Part shown: positions 47,146 to 56,964 of the stretch, piece by piece
How positions within the stretch are numbered: the stretch's first letter is position 1
Layout of the letters: every line of letters begins with the position of its first letter
DNA from: Bacilli bacterium
GTDB taxonomy: Bacteria > Bacillota_I > Bacilli_A > RFN20 > CAG-826
DNA: 64,000 nucleotides
Direction: 5' to 3'
Assembly (NCBI GenBank): GCA_017635465.1
Contig: JAGBLL010000041.1
Span: 17,685-81,684 of the forward strand
Translations under genes and position numbers: made by a program
The notes under the pieces: model-generated
Database searches by the model: none
Told to the model about the DNA's origin: nothing
Seen by the model: the letters and a program-made list of their open reading frames with translations, nothing else

Positions 47146-47874
47146 ATGGAAAATAAATACGAAGCATTACAAAAAATAATTCAAGAAGCACGTCAGATTG
47201 TTGTCTTTACAGGAGCGGGTATCTCTGTACCAAGCGGTATTCCTGATTTTAGAAGCGCTGATGGCATTTACAATCAAAAAACAAAATTCCAAGCATCGCC
47301 AGAAGAGATTATTTCTCATTCATTCTTCAAACAATACACTGAAGAGTTTTATGAATTTTACAAAGACAAAATGTGCTATCCAAAAGCGCAGCCAAACGCC
47401 GCTCATAAATACTTTGCGGATTTAGAAAAGAAGGGTAAAAATGTTATTGTAATTACTCAAAACATTGATGGGCTTCACCAAAAAGCTGGTTCAAAAATGG
47501 TCTATGAATTACATGGCACTATTCACCAAAACTTCTGCACTAAATGCGGACGCTTATTTGGTTTAGATTATATCTTAAATTCTAATGGTGTTCCACACTG
47601 TGATAAATGCGGTGGCATCGTTAAACCTAATGTTGTTTTATATGAAGAATCTTTAGATGAAGATATCATCAGTAGATCAATCAATGCAATTATGACTTGT
47701 GATGTCATGATAGTGATTGGAACATCTTTAAAAGTATATCCTGCAGCAGGTTTTATTCGTTACTTCAAAGGCCGCTATTTAGTGGTTATTAATAAAGAGT
47801 CCACACAATACGATAATATGTGTGATTTGGTCTTTAACGAAGATGTAATTAACGTTATAAATCATATTAAATAA
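47146..47874 (+). CDS. cobB: NAD-dependent protein deacylase (sirtuin, CobB type)
   Basis: GAGISVPSGIPDFRS, QNIDGLH, the zinc ribbon CTKCG...CDKCGG and GTSL motifs. The start at 47146 is chosen by homology-like N-terminal length. 47101 remains possible. Confidence 0.8.
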   Translation: MENKYEALQKIIQEARQIVVFTGAGISVPSGIPDFRSADGIYNQKTKFQASPEEIISHSFFKQYTEEFYEFYKDKMCYPKAQPNAAHKYFADLEKKGKNVIVITQNIDGLHQKAGSKMVYELHGTIHQNFCTKCGRLFGLDYILNSNGVPHCDKCGGIVKPNVVLYEESLDEDIISRSINAIMTCDVMIVIGTSLKVYPAAGFIRYFKGRYLVVINKESTQYDNMCDLVFNEDVINVINHIK

Positions 47875-48533
47875 TGAAAACTGTTATTTTTGACCTTGAT
47901 GGCACATTGCTCGATACATTAGTGGATCTCAAAAACGCTGTAAATCACGCGTTAAATTATTTTAATTTGCCAGAAAAGGACCTAGAATTCGTCAGAAAAG
48001 CTATTGGGAACGGCACAACCGTCTTAATTAAAAGATGCACACCGTCCTCGCTAAATGATGATGAAAGAAAGAAAGTCTTTGACGTTTTTAAGAAATATTA
48101 TTTAGAACATTATGATGACTATACTCATCCTTATGAAGGCATGAAAGAAATGTTAGAAAATAAGCTAAAAGGAAAAGTCTCTTTAGGAGTTGTTTCTAAT
48201 AAAGATAATGATTTAGTAAATAAGATTATTAATAAAGAATTTCCAGGATGTTTTGATATCATTCAAGGTTCATATTTAGATCATCCAAAAAAGCCAGATC
48301 CATATCTTATTAATAAAATAATTAAAGAAAATAATCTTAATAGAGAAGAATGCTTATATGTTGGTGATACTGACGTTGATAAAGACAGTGCCACTAACGC
48401 TGGACTTCCTTATTTATTAGTTAATTATGGCTATCGCACTAAAGAAGAAATGAAAAAATTGTGTCCAAATGACACAACTATTGCTGATATAGATTCACTT
48501 TATAATGAAATAATTAAGTGGGTTAAATTATAA
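47874..48533 (+). CDS. HAD-superfamily hydrolase (phosphoglycolate phosphatase-like)
   Basis: IFDLDGTLLDT motif I, VSNK motif II and VGDTDVD motif IV. Its start overlaps the cobB stop (TAATG). Confidence 0.8.
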   Translation: MKTVIFDLDGTLLDTLVDLKNAVNHALNYFNLPEKDLEFVRKAIGNGTTVLIKRCTPSSLNDDERKKVFDVFKKYYLEHYDDYTHPYEGMKEMLENKLKGKVSLGVVSNKDNDLVNKIINKEFPGCFDIIQGSYLDHPKKPDPYLINKIIKENNLNREECLYVGDTDVDKDSATNAGLPYLLVNYGYRTKEEMKKLCPNDTTIADIDSLYNEIIKWVKL

Positions 48534-49031
48534 TTGCTCAATTCTTTGTTCAACGAAGTGGGCAATTTTTTCTCTTGGCTGTTTATAAGAGATTGTTAAT
48601 TCATCAAGCAACATATTAGAAGCATAGTTAAGCATATCTAGATCAACTGGTCCTAGTTTGATTTCGTCATTATTCTCGCCACCAATAGAATGATAAAAAT
48701 ACAATTGACGATATAGATAAGCGATATCTTTTACATCACCAGAGGAAAGTCTCTTTTTATAAGCATCTCTTCTTTGCTTTGTGTTTGTATTAAAATCTTT
48801 ATCAATTGTCTTAATGAAACGTAATAATTTATCGGCTTCTTTTTCATCCATTATTTCACGGATGATACTATTAGCGGAATCGACAGGAACATAGCAAGTT
48901 TCACCACTCGCGCGATTAGCGTGCACCAAAAAATAGCTTTTGCCGTTCATTTCTTTGCTCCCAATAATGGTCGCTAATCCTTCACGACAATGGATAACTT
49001 CATCATTTACATTAAAACCTGACATATACAT
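48528..49031 (-). CDS. CarD/CdnL/TRCF-domain transcriptional regulator
   Basis: 167 aa. N-terminal Tudor-like FNVNDEVIHCREGLATIIG...YFLV...VPV pattern. Confidence 0.6.
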   Translation of the reverse strand: MYMSGFNVNDEVIHCREGLATIIGSKEMNGKSYFLVHANRASGETCYVPVDSANSIIREIMDEKEADKLLRFIKTIDKDFNTNTKQRRDAYKKRLSSGDVKDIAYLYRQLYFYHSIGGENNDEIKLGPVDLDMLNYASNMLLDELTISYKQPREKIAHFVEQRIEQL

Positions 49032-49081
49032 ATATATTATGTCATTTTTTTAATTTTAATGTAAGTGAAGGACCAAAAATT

Positions 49082-50725
49082 TTAATTAAAAGAGGACTTT
49101 AAAGGACATGTTCTATTGAACACTAAATGATCTTTTGTGGACTCTTTATCAGTGCAATAATAGCCAGTTCTAATGAATTGGAAATGGTCTAATGGTTGTG
49201 TATCTTTTAATGATGCTTCAACGTAACCTTCTAACTTAATCCAAGAGTTTGGATTTAATCTTTCGATGAAGGATTGACCTTTTGTTTCTTCTGTTTCATC
49301 GAACACTAATGGTTCATATAAATTAAATGTGGCTTTTAAAGCTGTAGTGGCTTCAACGTAATGAATTGTGCCATTTGGTTTACGACCTTCAAAACCACTA
49401 CCAGATTTTGTTTCTGGATCATATGTGCAGTGGATTTCAGTGATATTACCATTTTCATCTTTCACTACACTATTACATTTAATGAAATAAGCGTGCATTA
49501 AGCGGACTTCATCACCAACCGATAATCTCTTCCATTTGCGGTTTGGTTTTTCTTCGATGAAGTCTTCTTTTTCGATATAGAGATATTTACCAAAAGCGAT
49601 TTGACGATGGCCGAGTTCTTCATTTTCCATATTGTTAACTGCGTCGCAATATTCAATCTTTCCTTCTGGATAGTTATCAATAACGACTTTTAATGGATTT
49701 AGTACCGCCATTGGACGAGTAGCTTTAAGTTTTAATTCTTCTCTAAGGAAATTATCAAGGTTCTCCGCGTTTGTGGTGCTGTTGATTCTTGATAAGCCAG
49801 TATAAAGAATGAAGTTTCTAATAGCTTCTGGAGTTAAACCTTTTCTCTTTAAACCAACGAGTGTTGGCATACGTGGGTCATCATAACCAGTGACATAACC
49901 ACCATCGACTAATTGACGGAGATATCTTTTAGACATCACTGTATTTGTAATATTTAATCTGCCCCATTCATATTGATGTGGGACGTGTGGCATTTCACAT
50001 TTTTCAACAAACCAATCATATAAAGGACGATGGTTATCAAATTCTAATGAACATAATGAGTGGGTGACACCTTCAATAGCGTCTTGTAAAGGATGAGCGA
50101 AGTCATACATTGGATAAATGCACCACTTATTACCTTGTCTATGGTGTGGGACATGTAAGATACGATACATGATTGGGTCACGCATATTAATATTTGGTGA
50201 AGCCATATCGATTTTAGCTCTTAATGTTTTTTCACCATTACCGTATTTACCTTCTCTCATTTCTTGGAATAATTTTAAGTTTTCTTCGATTGATCTATTT
50301 CTATATGGAGAATCTTTACCAGGTTCAGTTAATGTACCACGGTATTCAGTAATTTGATCAGCGTTTAAATCATCAACGTACGCTAAACCTTTTTTGATTA
50401 GAAGAACGGCTCTATTGTATTGCTCTTCAAAATAGTCACTACCAAAGAAGATGTTTTTTGGTTCATAACCTAACCATTTAATATCGTTAATAATAGCTTG
50501 GACATATTCCGCGCCTTCGTTAACTGGGTTAGTGTCATCAAATCTTAAATTTGTGTAGCCACCGAATGCTTTAGCGAGTTCAAAGTCATTGATAACTGCT
50601 CTAGCGTGACCAATGTGTAAATAAGCGTTTGGTTCAGGAGGGAATCTTGTCACGATGTGATCAACGCGACCTTCTTCCAAATCCTTTTCCATGATTGTTT
50701 TAATGAAATTACTGATTTCTTCCAT
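49082..50725 (-). CDS. glnS: Glutaminyl-tRNA synthetase
   Basis: 547 aa. [16 protein letters not shown] (HIGH), RFDDTNP and VMSKR (KMSKS-like) motifs. Confidence 0.85.
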   Translation of the reverse strand: MEEISNFIKTIMEKDLEEGRVDHIVTRFPPEPNAYLHIGHARAVINDFELAKAFGGYTNLRFDDTNPVNEGAEYVQAIINDIKWLGYEPKNIFFGSDYFEEQYNRAVLLIKKGLAYVDDLNADQITEYRGTLTEPGKDSPYRNRSIEENLKLFQEMREGKYGNGEKTLRAKIDMASPNINMRDPIMYRILHVPHHRQGNKWCIYPMYDFAHPLQDAIEGVTHSLCSLEFDNHRPLYDWFVEKCEMPHVPHQYEWGRLNITNTVMSKRYLRQLVDGGYVTGYDDPRMPTLVGLKRKGLTPEAIRNFILYTGLSRINSTTNAENLDNFLREELKLKATRPMAVLNPLKVVIDNYPEGKIEYCDAVNNMENEELGHRQIAFGKYLYIEKEDFIEEKPNRKWKRLSVGDEVRLMHAYFIKCNSVVKDENGNITEIHCTYDPETKSGSGFEGRKPNGTIHYVEATTALKATFNLYEPLVFDETEETKGQSFIERLNPNSWIKLEGYVEASLKDTQPLDHFQFIRTGYYCTDKESTKDHLVFNRTCPLKSSFN

Positions 50726-50796
50726 AACTAAATCCTCGCCAATATTTTACTCTTGTTAGATTGGCAATCAATAATAATTGTTATTTAAGCAATTAT

Positions 50797-51654
50797 TTAT
50801 CCTTGTTTTTTCTTATTAAAGACAGGCCAGAAAGCATCCGCACCATAATCGATACGATTGAGTTTCATTAATTCAATCATATCTTCTTCTTTGATTTCAA
50901 AATCAAGTTTCATATTATCTTCAATATGTTCTTTACTTGATGCCTTTGGAATTGAAATTGTATCTAATTGTAATGTGTATTTAATGCATAATTGTGGCAC
51001 GGAAACATTGTATTTCTTCGCCATTGCTTGAATCTTCTTATCGTTAATCGCACGGCCGTGGGCAATTGGGGAATAAGCTTCCACGACAATGTCGTTTTCT
51101 TGACAGAATTTGATAACGTCAATAGGGGTTTCTCCAATGTGCAAAAGAATTTGATTCGCCATTGGTTTAATTTCACAGTTATTCATGATGTTTTGTAGAT
51201 CCTTAATTAAGAAATTGGAAACACCAATTGCTCTTAATTTGCCTTCTTTATAGGCTTCTTCCATTGCCTTCCAAACTTGAATGTTTTGTTTGTAATATTT
51301 AAATGGTCCTCTATATAAGGCCCAAGGTTGTGGGCAGTGAATAAGCATTAAATCGATATAATCAACGCCTAATTTTCTTAAAGATTCATCAATTGAAGCC
51401 TTGGCTTTTTTATATGATTTAATTTCCGCTTTTACTTTGGAAGTAATAAAGACTTCTTCTCTTTTTAATCCAGATTGTCTAATCCCTTCTCCAACGCCTT
51501 CTTCGTTTCCATATGCTTGAGCAGTATCGATATGACGATAACCAGCCTCTAATGCCATCTTAACGCAGTTGGCGGCATTCTCATTTTTAATTAACCAAGT
51601 ACCATAAGCTAAAGATGGCGCTTCAACACCATTGTGTAATTTAAAATTTTTCAT
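50797..51654 (-). CDS. Aldo/keto reductase
   Basis: 285 aa. HIDTAQAYGNEE, ITSKV and LMLIHCP motifs. Confidence 0.85.
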   Translation of the reverse strand: MKNFKLHNGVEAPSLAYGTWLIKNENAANCVKMALEAGYRHIDTAQAYGNEEGVGEGIRQSGLKREEVFITSKVKAEIKSYKKAKASIDESLRKLGVDYIDLMLIHCPQPWALYRGPFKYYKQNIQVWKAMEEAYKEGKLRAIGVSNFLIKDLQNIMNNCEIKPMANQILLHIGETPIDVIKFCQENDIVVEAYSPIAHGRAINDKKIQAMAKKYNVSVPQLCIKYTLQLDTISIPKASSKEHIEDNMKLDFEIKEEDMIELMKLNRIDYGADAFWPVFNKKKQG

Positions 51655-51714
51655 ATTTGAAACCTCTATGGTTTTATTTTGTCACAATAATTAAATTAAG
51701 CAAAAGAAAAAGCA

Positions 51715-51746
51715 AGAAAAAAGGATCTGGGCAAACCCAAATCCTT
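51715..51746 (-). terminator. Rho-independent terminator after the frameshifted lipoprotein gene
   Basis: Minus strand AAGGATTTGGG-TTTG-CCCAGATCCTT (one mismatch) followed by TTTTTTC. Confidence 0.7.
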
Positions 51747-51775
51747 AGGGGGAGAGTAATGACTACTCGGAAGAG

Positions 51776-53364
51776 CTAATTAACTTCTGATAATTTGAAG
51801 ACGTCTAAGCTTGGATATGTTTCAGAAAGTGTAATCACTAATGTGTTTTCACCTTTAATGACGTTAACAACGGCTATATCAGCTTCAGACATTTCGCCAC
51901 CGAAACCTTGAGGGGCTTCAAGAATTGCTTCATCAGAGGCTGTAACATCAGCGCCGTTTAATTTGATACCCATAGAATCTTTAATGACGTATGGAGCGGC
52001 TTCGCCACCCATGCTCATTGGAGCATTACCAACAACTGATAATGCCATATGTCCTGCTTTTTCAGCATTGAATTTATATGTGAGTGTAATTTCACCTTCA
52101 GCGCCGTAGATTGAGATGTAAGCACTGCCACTATGGACTGTATTACCACCAGACATACCACCATCTTGGCTAACGTTGACGCCAGCTGGTTTTTCTTCGC
52201 CTTGTAATTCTTCAGCGGATTCGGCTTCAACTAAGATTTGACCGGCAACTGGTGCTGGTTTAACGGTAATTTTAACTCTCACAGAGTACATACCATCTTT
52301 CTTAACTGTAATATTTGTGATGCCTTTAGCAACACCTGTAACAACACCTTTATCACTAACTGTAGCGGTTGCTTCATTGAGGGAAACATATGAGACACCA
52401 GCAAGGTTGTTCTTAACTTGGATGTTAACTGTTTGACCTTCAATAACTTCTAATTCAGCTTCAACGACTTCAATTTGTTCTTTAGCGGCTGGTTTTGTTA
52501 TTTCGACTTTTGCATCACCAGCGTAAACAACTAATTCATTTAAGAAGATATTTGTATCTGCTAAGAATTCAAATTCTAATGTGTTAGAAGCTGCGATATC
52601 TAATTGACCTAAAGAGACTTCACCAAATTCAAGAGTGCTACCCCAGTCACCTGGATGATCTTCAAGTTCGATAGCGTCAATATTGACTGCTTTACCATTG
52701 AGTTTAACGCTCATGACTTCTTTTAATGTCACAGCGTTGCTGTTACCCATATTTAAGACTAATTCGCCTTTAACGGCTTTACTTGATGTAAATTTAACTG
52801 TTTCTTTATCACCTTGACCGAAGCCACCGATAAATGTTTCAGCTGGTTCTTCTGTTTGTTGGCCCAAGAAGATTGTTGAGCGATTGGGTTCCAACCATTG
52901 ATGGTTTGCATTGCGAACATACCACCACCGAGTTCCCACCAGCCATCTGCTGAATAGTGATCAGCGTCTGTTGTTAAATCGAATGTAGCATTAGGTGCTG
53001 GTCTAGTAACTGTAATACCAATTGTACCTTTGGCATAGCCTTCTTTTGTTGCAGAGATGGTAACTTCACCAAATGCGACAGCGGTAACTAAACCTTTGTC
53101 ATCGACTGAGGCGATCTTGGCATCAGATGATTCCCATTTCACGCCTTCGATGTCTGCGCTTAATTGGACTGTTTCGCCGATAAGAAGTTGTTTCTTATCT
53201 CCTGCAGCGGAGACTTTAATTCTTTGTTGTTGTGCACTGCTTGGTTGTGCTTGAGATGTTGGTTGACTTCCACTTTGTCCAGCTGGTTTATTACAAGCTG
53301 TTAAACCCATGCCTAAAACTAGACCGACGGTTAACAAAGGTAGAAAAATCTTTGTCTTTTTCAT
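51776..53364 (-). pseudogene. Big_2-domain surface lipoprotein gene split by a frame break (total length 3n+2)
   Basis: The N-terminal part starts at ATG 53362-53364: lipobox GLTA-C, NKPA stalk, Big_2-like domain. It runs into a TAG at 52759. The remainder (two beta-rich modules and a second Big_2 domain) continues in the -1 frame to 51776. The two frames overlap between 52762 and 52960. Confidence 0.8.
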
Positions 53365-53527
53365 TTTAAAAATTTCCTTTCTGTAGAAACGACAAATATG
53401 AATTGAGGGCAGATAGTTGAACGAAATATTCAACTTTTTGCTATCTTTCGTAAATCATTATAAACCTTTTTATTACTAAAAAGTAGAATATTTATATTAT
53501 TTATACGATTGTGAAAAAATGAACGCA

Positions 53528-53554
53528 ATAAAAAAGGTGACAAAATGTCACCTT
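53528..53554 (-). terminator. Rho-independent terminator after the 562-aa phosphatase lipoprotein gene
   Basis: Minus strand AAGGTGACA-TTT-TGTCACCTT followed by TTTTTAT. Confidence 0.7.
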
Positions 53555-53573
53555 TATTTACTATTGCTTTTTA

Positions 53574-55262
53574 TTAAGCAGCATGATCCGCAACAGTGAT
53601 GGTTGCGATATTGAATGTGCCAGACTTAACGCCAATTTCCACAGTGTGTTCGCCAGCTGTGAAATCGTAATTGCCTAAAACGTTAAACATGTAACCGATT
53701 CTGCTGTCTTGTTGTGTAGAACCAAATCCGGCTTGCCATAAACTCTTGGTGTTGCTAATTGTTTGTTCTGTGCCATCAATTTTTAAAGTAAGAGAACTTG
53801 CTAACTTTGTGGATGTATTTGTGCTAACACTACCTGTATAGCCCATGTAAACGATAACGTCTTTATTACCAGCAGTTAAATTAGCTTTGTAACTAACTGT
53901 ACCATTAGCGGAAACGCCATAATAGGAAGCAGGAGTTTTGTAATCTGTAGCATTCTTAATTGCAACTGAGGAAATTAAATCGCTACCTTCACCGACTTTG
54001 AAATAATCTGGGATGTTAGCTTTTGTGCCTTCAGTCATTAAATTGATAATGGTATCTAATTTAGCGGCAGGAATACCCATTAAGCGAAGAGCAAGATATG
54101 TCTTTTCTTGGAATGTTTCGCCTGGTAAAGCGATTATTTCATCGATGTATTTTTTAATATCATCACCATTGCTATCTGGAGTTTTGCCAGGATATCTTTG
54201 GTTATCAATTGGAGCGAAATTTGAGAAACCATAATCTTGGATGATTTCATTGAATTTAATACCAAGTAAACCGCCAATCATGACACCGGTGATACCGGTT
54301 CTATCTGTGCCAATACGGCAGTGATAGAAGACAGGGTATTTAGTTTCATCGGCTAAGATGTCCATGATTTGTCTAATTCTCACGGAGTTTCTAGCTAAGT
54401 TGGAATATGGAACAGAGCCATAAGCCATATAAGCGTTTTCAACTTTAACGCCGCTTAAATTAAGGTTATTACCAGTACTATTTGCAACGTTAATTTCTGT
54501 TTTAACTTTTAATTGATTTAATAAAACTTCTTTTGCATCATTATCTGGAGCGGTACCTTTCATGTCGAAGTTATTACCCGCGCCACGGTAGATTAAACCT
54601 TGTTTGACTTTACCACCGGCATATGTTGTTCTACCACCCATATCACGGAAGTTTGGTAAGTTACCAACATTTAAGTTTCTTGGAGCGTTTTCAGTAACTT
54701 TGAATGTTTTAATGTCAGATGCTTTTTCTGAATTATCAGAATACTTAGCAACGACTTTGAAATAGTTAGTACCTAAGAATGAGTTATAGATATCAAGTGA
54801 CTTAGATGTGGTTGAAAGTTCATAGCCATCACTCAAATCAGATTTTTGACCAAAGATGAAAGCGTATTTGGAAACTGTCTTACCTGTTTCAGGTGTGAAG
54901 TTCCAACTGACTTTAACTGGCAATGGGGTTGAAACATTTTTATTACCCATCGCATCACAGCTATCAAGATCAGATTTACCCATGCTGTAATACTCTTTGT
55001 TCATGTTTAAGTATTTTAATTGGTTAGCAGTATGGATTTCTTGAACGGTGTTGAGTTGTGCATCATCAAACGCAAATTGACCACCAGCAGGAGCAGGAAT
55101 GTCACTTGGTTGTGAAGATTCACCTGGTTGTTGAGATTCACCACTTGGTTGGCTTGTTGGTTGTTCATCAGACGATTGAACATTGCTTTCTGCAGGTTTT
55201 TGGCAACCAGCCATAGTTAAAGCGAGCACAAGTAATGAACCGAAAAATAATTTTTTCTTCAT
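53574..55262 (-). CDS. Surface lipoprotein with a Y_phosphatase3-type phosphatase domain plus a C-terminal beta-rich module (paralog of 19370-20497)
   Basis: Start at ATG 55260-55262 (AGAGG SD). Lipobox TMAG-C, followed by QKPA and a stalk. NFRDMGG...GLIYRG...P-loop HCRIGTDRTG...DYGFSN. The last ~150 aa resemble the shared lipoprotein module. Confidence 0.85.
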   Translation of the reverse strand: MKKKLFFGSLLVLALTMAGCQKPAESNVQSSDEQPTSQPSGESQQPGESSQPSDIPAPAGGQFAFDDAQLNTVQEIHTANQLKYLNMNKEYYSMGKSDLDSCDAMGNKNVSTPLPVKVSWNFTPETGKTVSKYAFIFGQKSDLSDGYELSTTSKSLDIYNSFLGTNYFKVVAKYSDNSEKASDIKTFKVTENAPRNLNVGNLPNFRDMGGRTTYAGGKVKQGLIYRGAGNNFDMKGTAPDNDAKEVLLNQLKVKTEINVANSTGNNLNLSGVKVENAYMAYGSVPYSNLARNSVRIRQIMDILADETKYPVFYHCRIGTDRTGITGVMIGGLLGIKFNEIIQDYGFSNFAPIDNQRYPGKTPDSNGDDIKKYIDEIIALPGETFQEKTYLALRLMGIPAAKLDTIINLMTEGTKANIPDYFKVGEGSDLISSVAIKNATDYKTPASYYGVSANGTVSYKANLTAGNKDVIVYMGYTGSVSTNTSTKLASSLTLKIDGTEQTISNTKSLWQAGFGSTQQDSRIGYMFNVLGNYDFTAGEHTVEIGVKSGTFNIATITVADHAA

Positions 55263-55305
55263 AAAACGATTACCTCTAGTTTTGTATTCTATACTATTTC
55301 TATGC

Positions 55306-55338
55306 AAATAAAAAGTGACCTTCTTTAGAAAAGGCCAC
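55306..55338 (-). terminator. Rho-independent terminator after the 55360 membrane-protein gene
   Basis: Minus strand GTGGCCTT-8 nt-AAGGTCAC (one G-U pair) followed by TTTTTATTT. Confidence 0.6.
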
Positions 55339-55359
55339 GTATAAGTTGAACAATTTATA

Positions 55360-55971
55360 TTAGTCTTGCTTTTTATTTGGCAAACCCATGAAGTAAATAT
55401 AACCGAAGCAAATGATGATTGGTAAGATCATATACTGAATTAGGAATTGAATACCACTTGGCCAGAAAGCATTATTCATGCCAGATAAAATAACTAAGAA
55501 TAAACCAGCAAAGAAGCCAACAATGATGACGCCTAAGAACACTAAGAAGCTAACAAAGCGTAAAGCTGGTTTCTTTAAGATTAATTCTAAAACGGTTAAT
55601 ACTAATACGGCGACAACACCTAAGCCAGCGATGAAGGAGAAAAGACCTGCTACGATAGCAAGACCATCGTTAGATTCTACTAATCCAGCAGAGGTACTAA
55701 GCCAATTTTGGATTGTTGTTAAAACCCAGTATCCTAATAAGAACAAGAACACCATCTTCCCAGCATTATCTTTTTTTAATAAAACTAATAAAGGTGCTGC
55801 GACGAGTAAAGCTGTACCAATAGTCATAATAACCAATGACACAATCACTGAGATAAAACTGTTACCAAAGCCAGTAGCGGTCATAATAGCAAATCAAGTG
55901 GCATAGAAGAAGCCACCAATGACGAAGATCCATTTTGCGGGTTTACTTAATGCATTTAAAAATTTTTCCAT
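55360..55971 (-). CDS. Polytopic membrane protein of unknown function, with an in-frame TGA at 55894-55896 (the alternative is a shorter CDS starting at ATG 55884)
   Basis: The tracked ORF (174 aa) has no SD. The same frame continues upstream through one TGA to ATG 55969-55971, which has AGAGGA 11 nt upstream. The extension reads MEKFLNALSKPAKWIFVIGGFFYAT-TGA-FAIMTATGFG. Confidence 0.6.
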
Positions 55972-56029
55972 AATTAATTAAATCCTCTTTTATACCTTAT
56001 TAATATACAGCATTTTTATAAATGCGATA

Positions 56030-56062
56030 CAAAAAACGGAACCACCGAATGATGATTCCGTT
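56030..56062 (-). terminator. Rho-independent terminator after the 273-aa lipoprotein gene
   Basis: Minus strand ACGGAA-14 nt-TTCCGT followed by TTTTTG. The loop is large. Confidence 0.45.
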
Positions 56063-56080
56063 TATGTTAATTAGTTTGAA

Positions 56081-56902
56081 TTAAGCAGCGAAGACAACTG
56101 TGAAGTATTTAACTGCTAAGTTATAGCTATCAACACGTGTGAATTTGATGGTGTTGAGGCCAGCTTTTAATGAAACTGCACCAACTTCGGCATCTCCGAT
56201 TTTGGAATATGTAACAGAGCCAACTGTTTCACCAGCTTCTTTTGGGAAAATGTCACCAAATGCAACATTTAAGTTAGCACTCATATCGATTTCAGCTTCG
56301 TTGACTTCAAGCTTGAAGTTAGCGGAGTTTTCAGAATTCTTGACTGATGCAAATGATCTTGTTTCATTGTTATTGTTGCCATCATACCAATAGTCCATAG
56401 CGCCGGTGAGATAGATTTTACCTGTCTTAGCTTCTGGGATATTGATAGCAACTGTCATTGAATTACCATTGCTGCTAAGTTTGATACAGCCTTCTGGTGC
56501 ACCACCTTTATCAGTGCCATCGAGTGTGGCTTTAGCAGCGGCAACTCTTAAGCCCTTAACATGGCAAACTGAACATTCGATATTTTCATAATCGACGCCT
56601 TCGCCTGAAGCAGCAACAGCTGTTGCAGTCCATGTGTGTTGTTTGAGCTTTGGAATGCTTCTTTCTTCTTTGCCACCTTGGTCATTTGTGCGTTCTTCTT
56701 TACCTTCGGCTGCACATGTAGCAGGTGTAACTACTTTCCAATCGCTCCAAACAGGACCTTTTGAAGAGGGAGCTCTGGAAGTTGTTTGTGATGTTGGTTT
56801 AGCACTGGTACCAGCAGGTGCACTAGAAGTTTTAGCACCATTACAAGCAGTTAATGCCATTGCAGCAAAAACAGCTAATACTGAGAATAATTTTGTTTTC
56901 AT
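56081..56902 (-). CDS. Surface lipoprotein (273 aa) with a Cys-containing cap (C..EG...HTW...CSVC) and the shared beta-rich module
   Basis: Start at ATG 56900-56902 (GGAGG 8 nt upstream). Lipobox ALTA-C and an S/T/A/P stalk. KQHTWTATAV...ECSVCHVKG followed by a ~160-aa beta-rich region. Confidence 0.85.
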   Translation of the reverse strand: MKTKLFSVLAVFAAMALTACNGAKTSSAPAGTSAKPTSQTTSRAPSSKGPVWSDWKVVTPATCAAEGKEERTNDQGGKEERSIPKLKQHTWTATAVAASGEGVDYENIECSVCHVKGLRVAAAKATLDGTDKGGAPEGCIKLSSNGNSMTVAINIPEAKTGKIYLTGAMDYWYDGNNNNETRSFASVKNSENSANFKLEVNEAEIDMSANLNVAFGDIFPKEAGETVGSVTYSKIGDAEVGAVSLKAGLNTIKFTRVDSYNLAVKYFTVVFAA

Positions 56903-56964
56903 TATTTTTTCCTCCGTGAAAAACATTTTATCTAACAACTTATGTGTTTAGAAAACTTATTATA

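Noticed and set aside
47146-47874. The SIR2-domain protein as a possible anti-phage defence effector.
   Set aside because: It has the complete housekeeping CobB/sirtuin architecture (NAD pocket motifs plus a CxxC...CxxC zinc ribbon, ~243 aa). It is coupled to a HAD phosphatase, with no partner defence genes such as a TIR, HerA, Argonaute or nuclease module.
50726-50796. T-box or other riboswitch leaders upstream of glnS, argS, the ktr genes or folT/folC.
   Set aside because: The upstream spacers are too short: 71 nt for glnS, 1 nt for argS, ~20 nt of UTR for ktrB and 8 nt for folT. They contain no recognisable specifier/antiterminator or aptamer features.
55894-55896. Selenocysteine at the in-frame TGA.
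   Set aside because: The codon sits in the middle of a hydrophobic transmembrane segment of a protein with no redox motif. I see no obvious stem-loop immediately downstream that would act as a bacterial SECIS.
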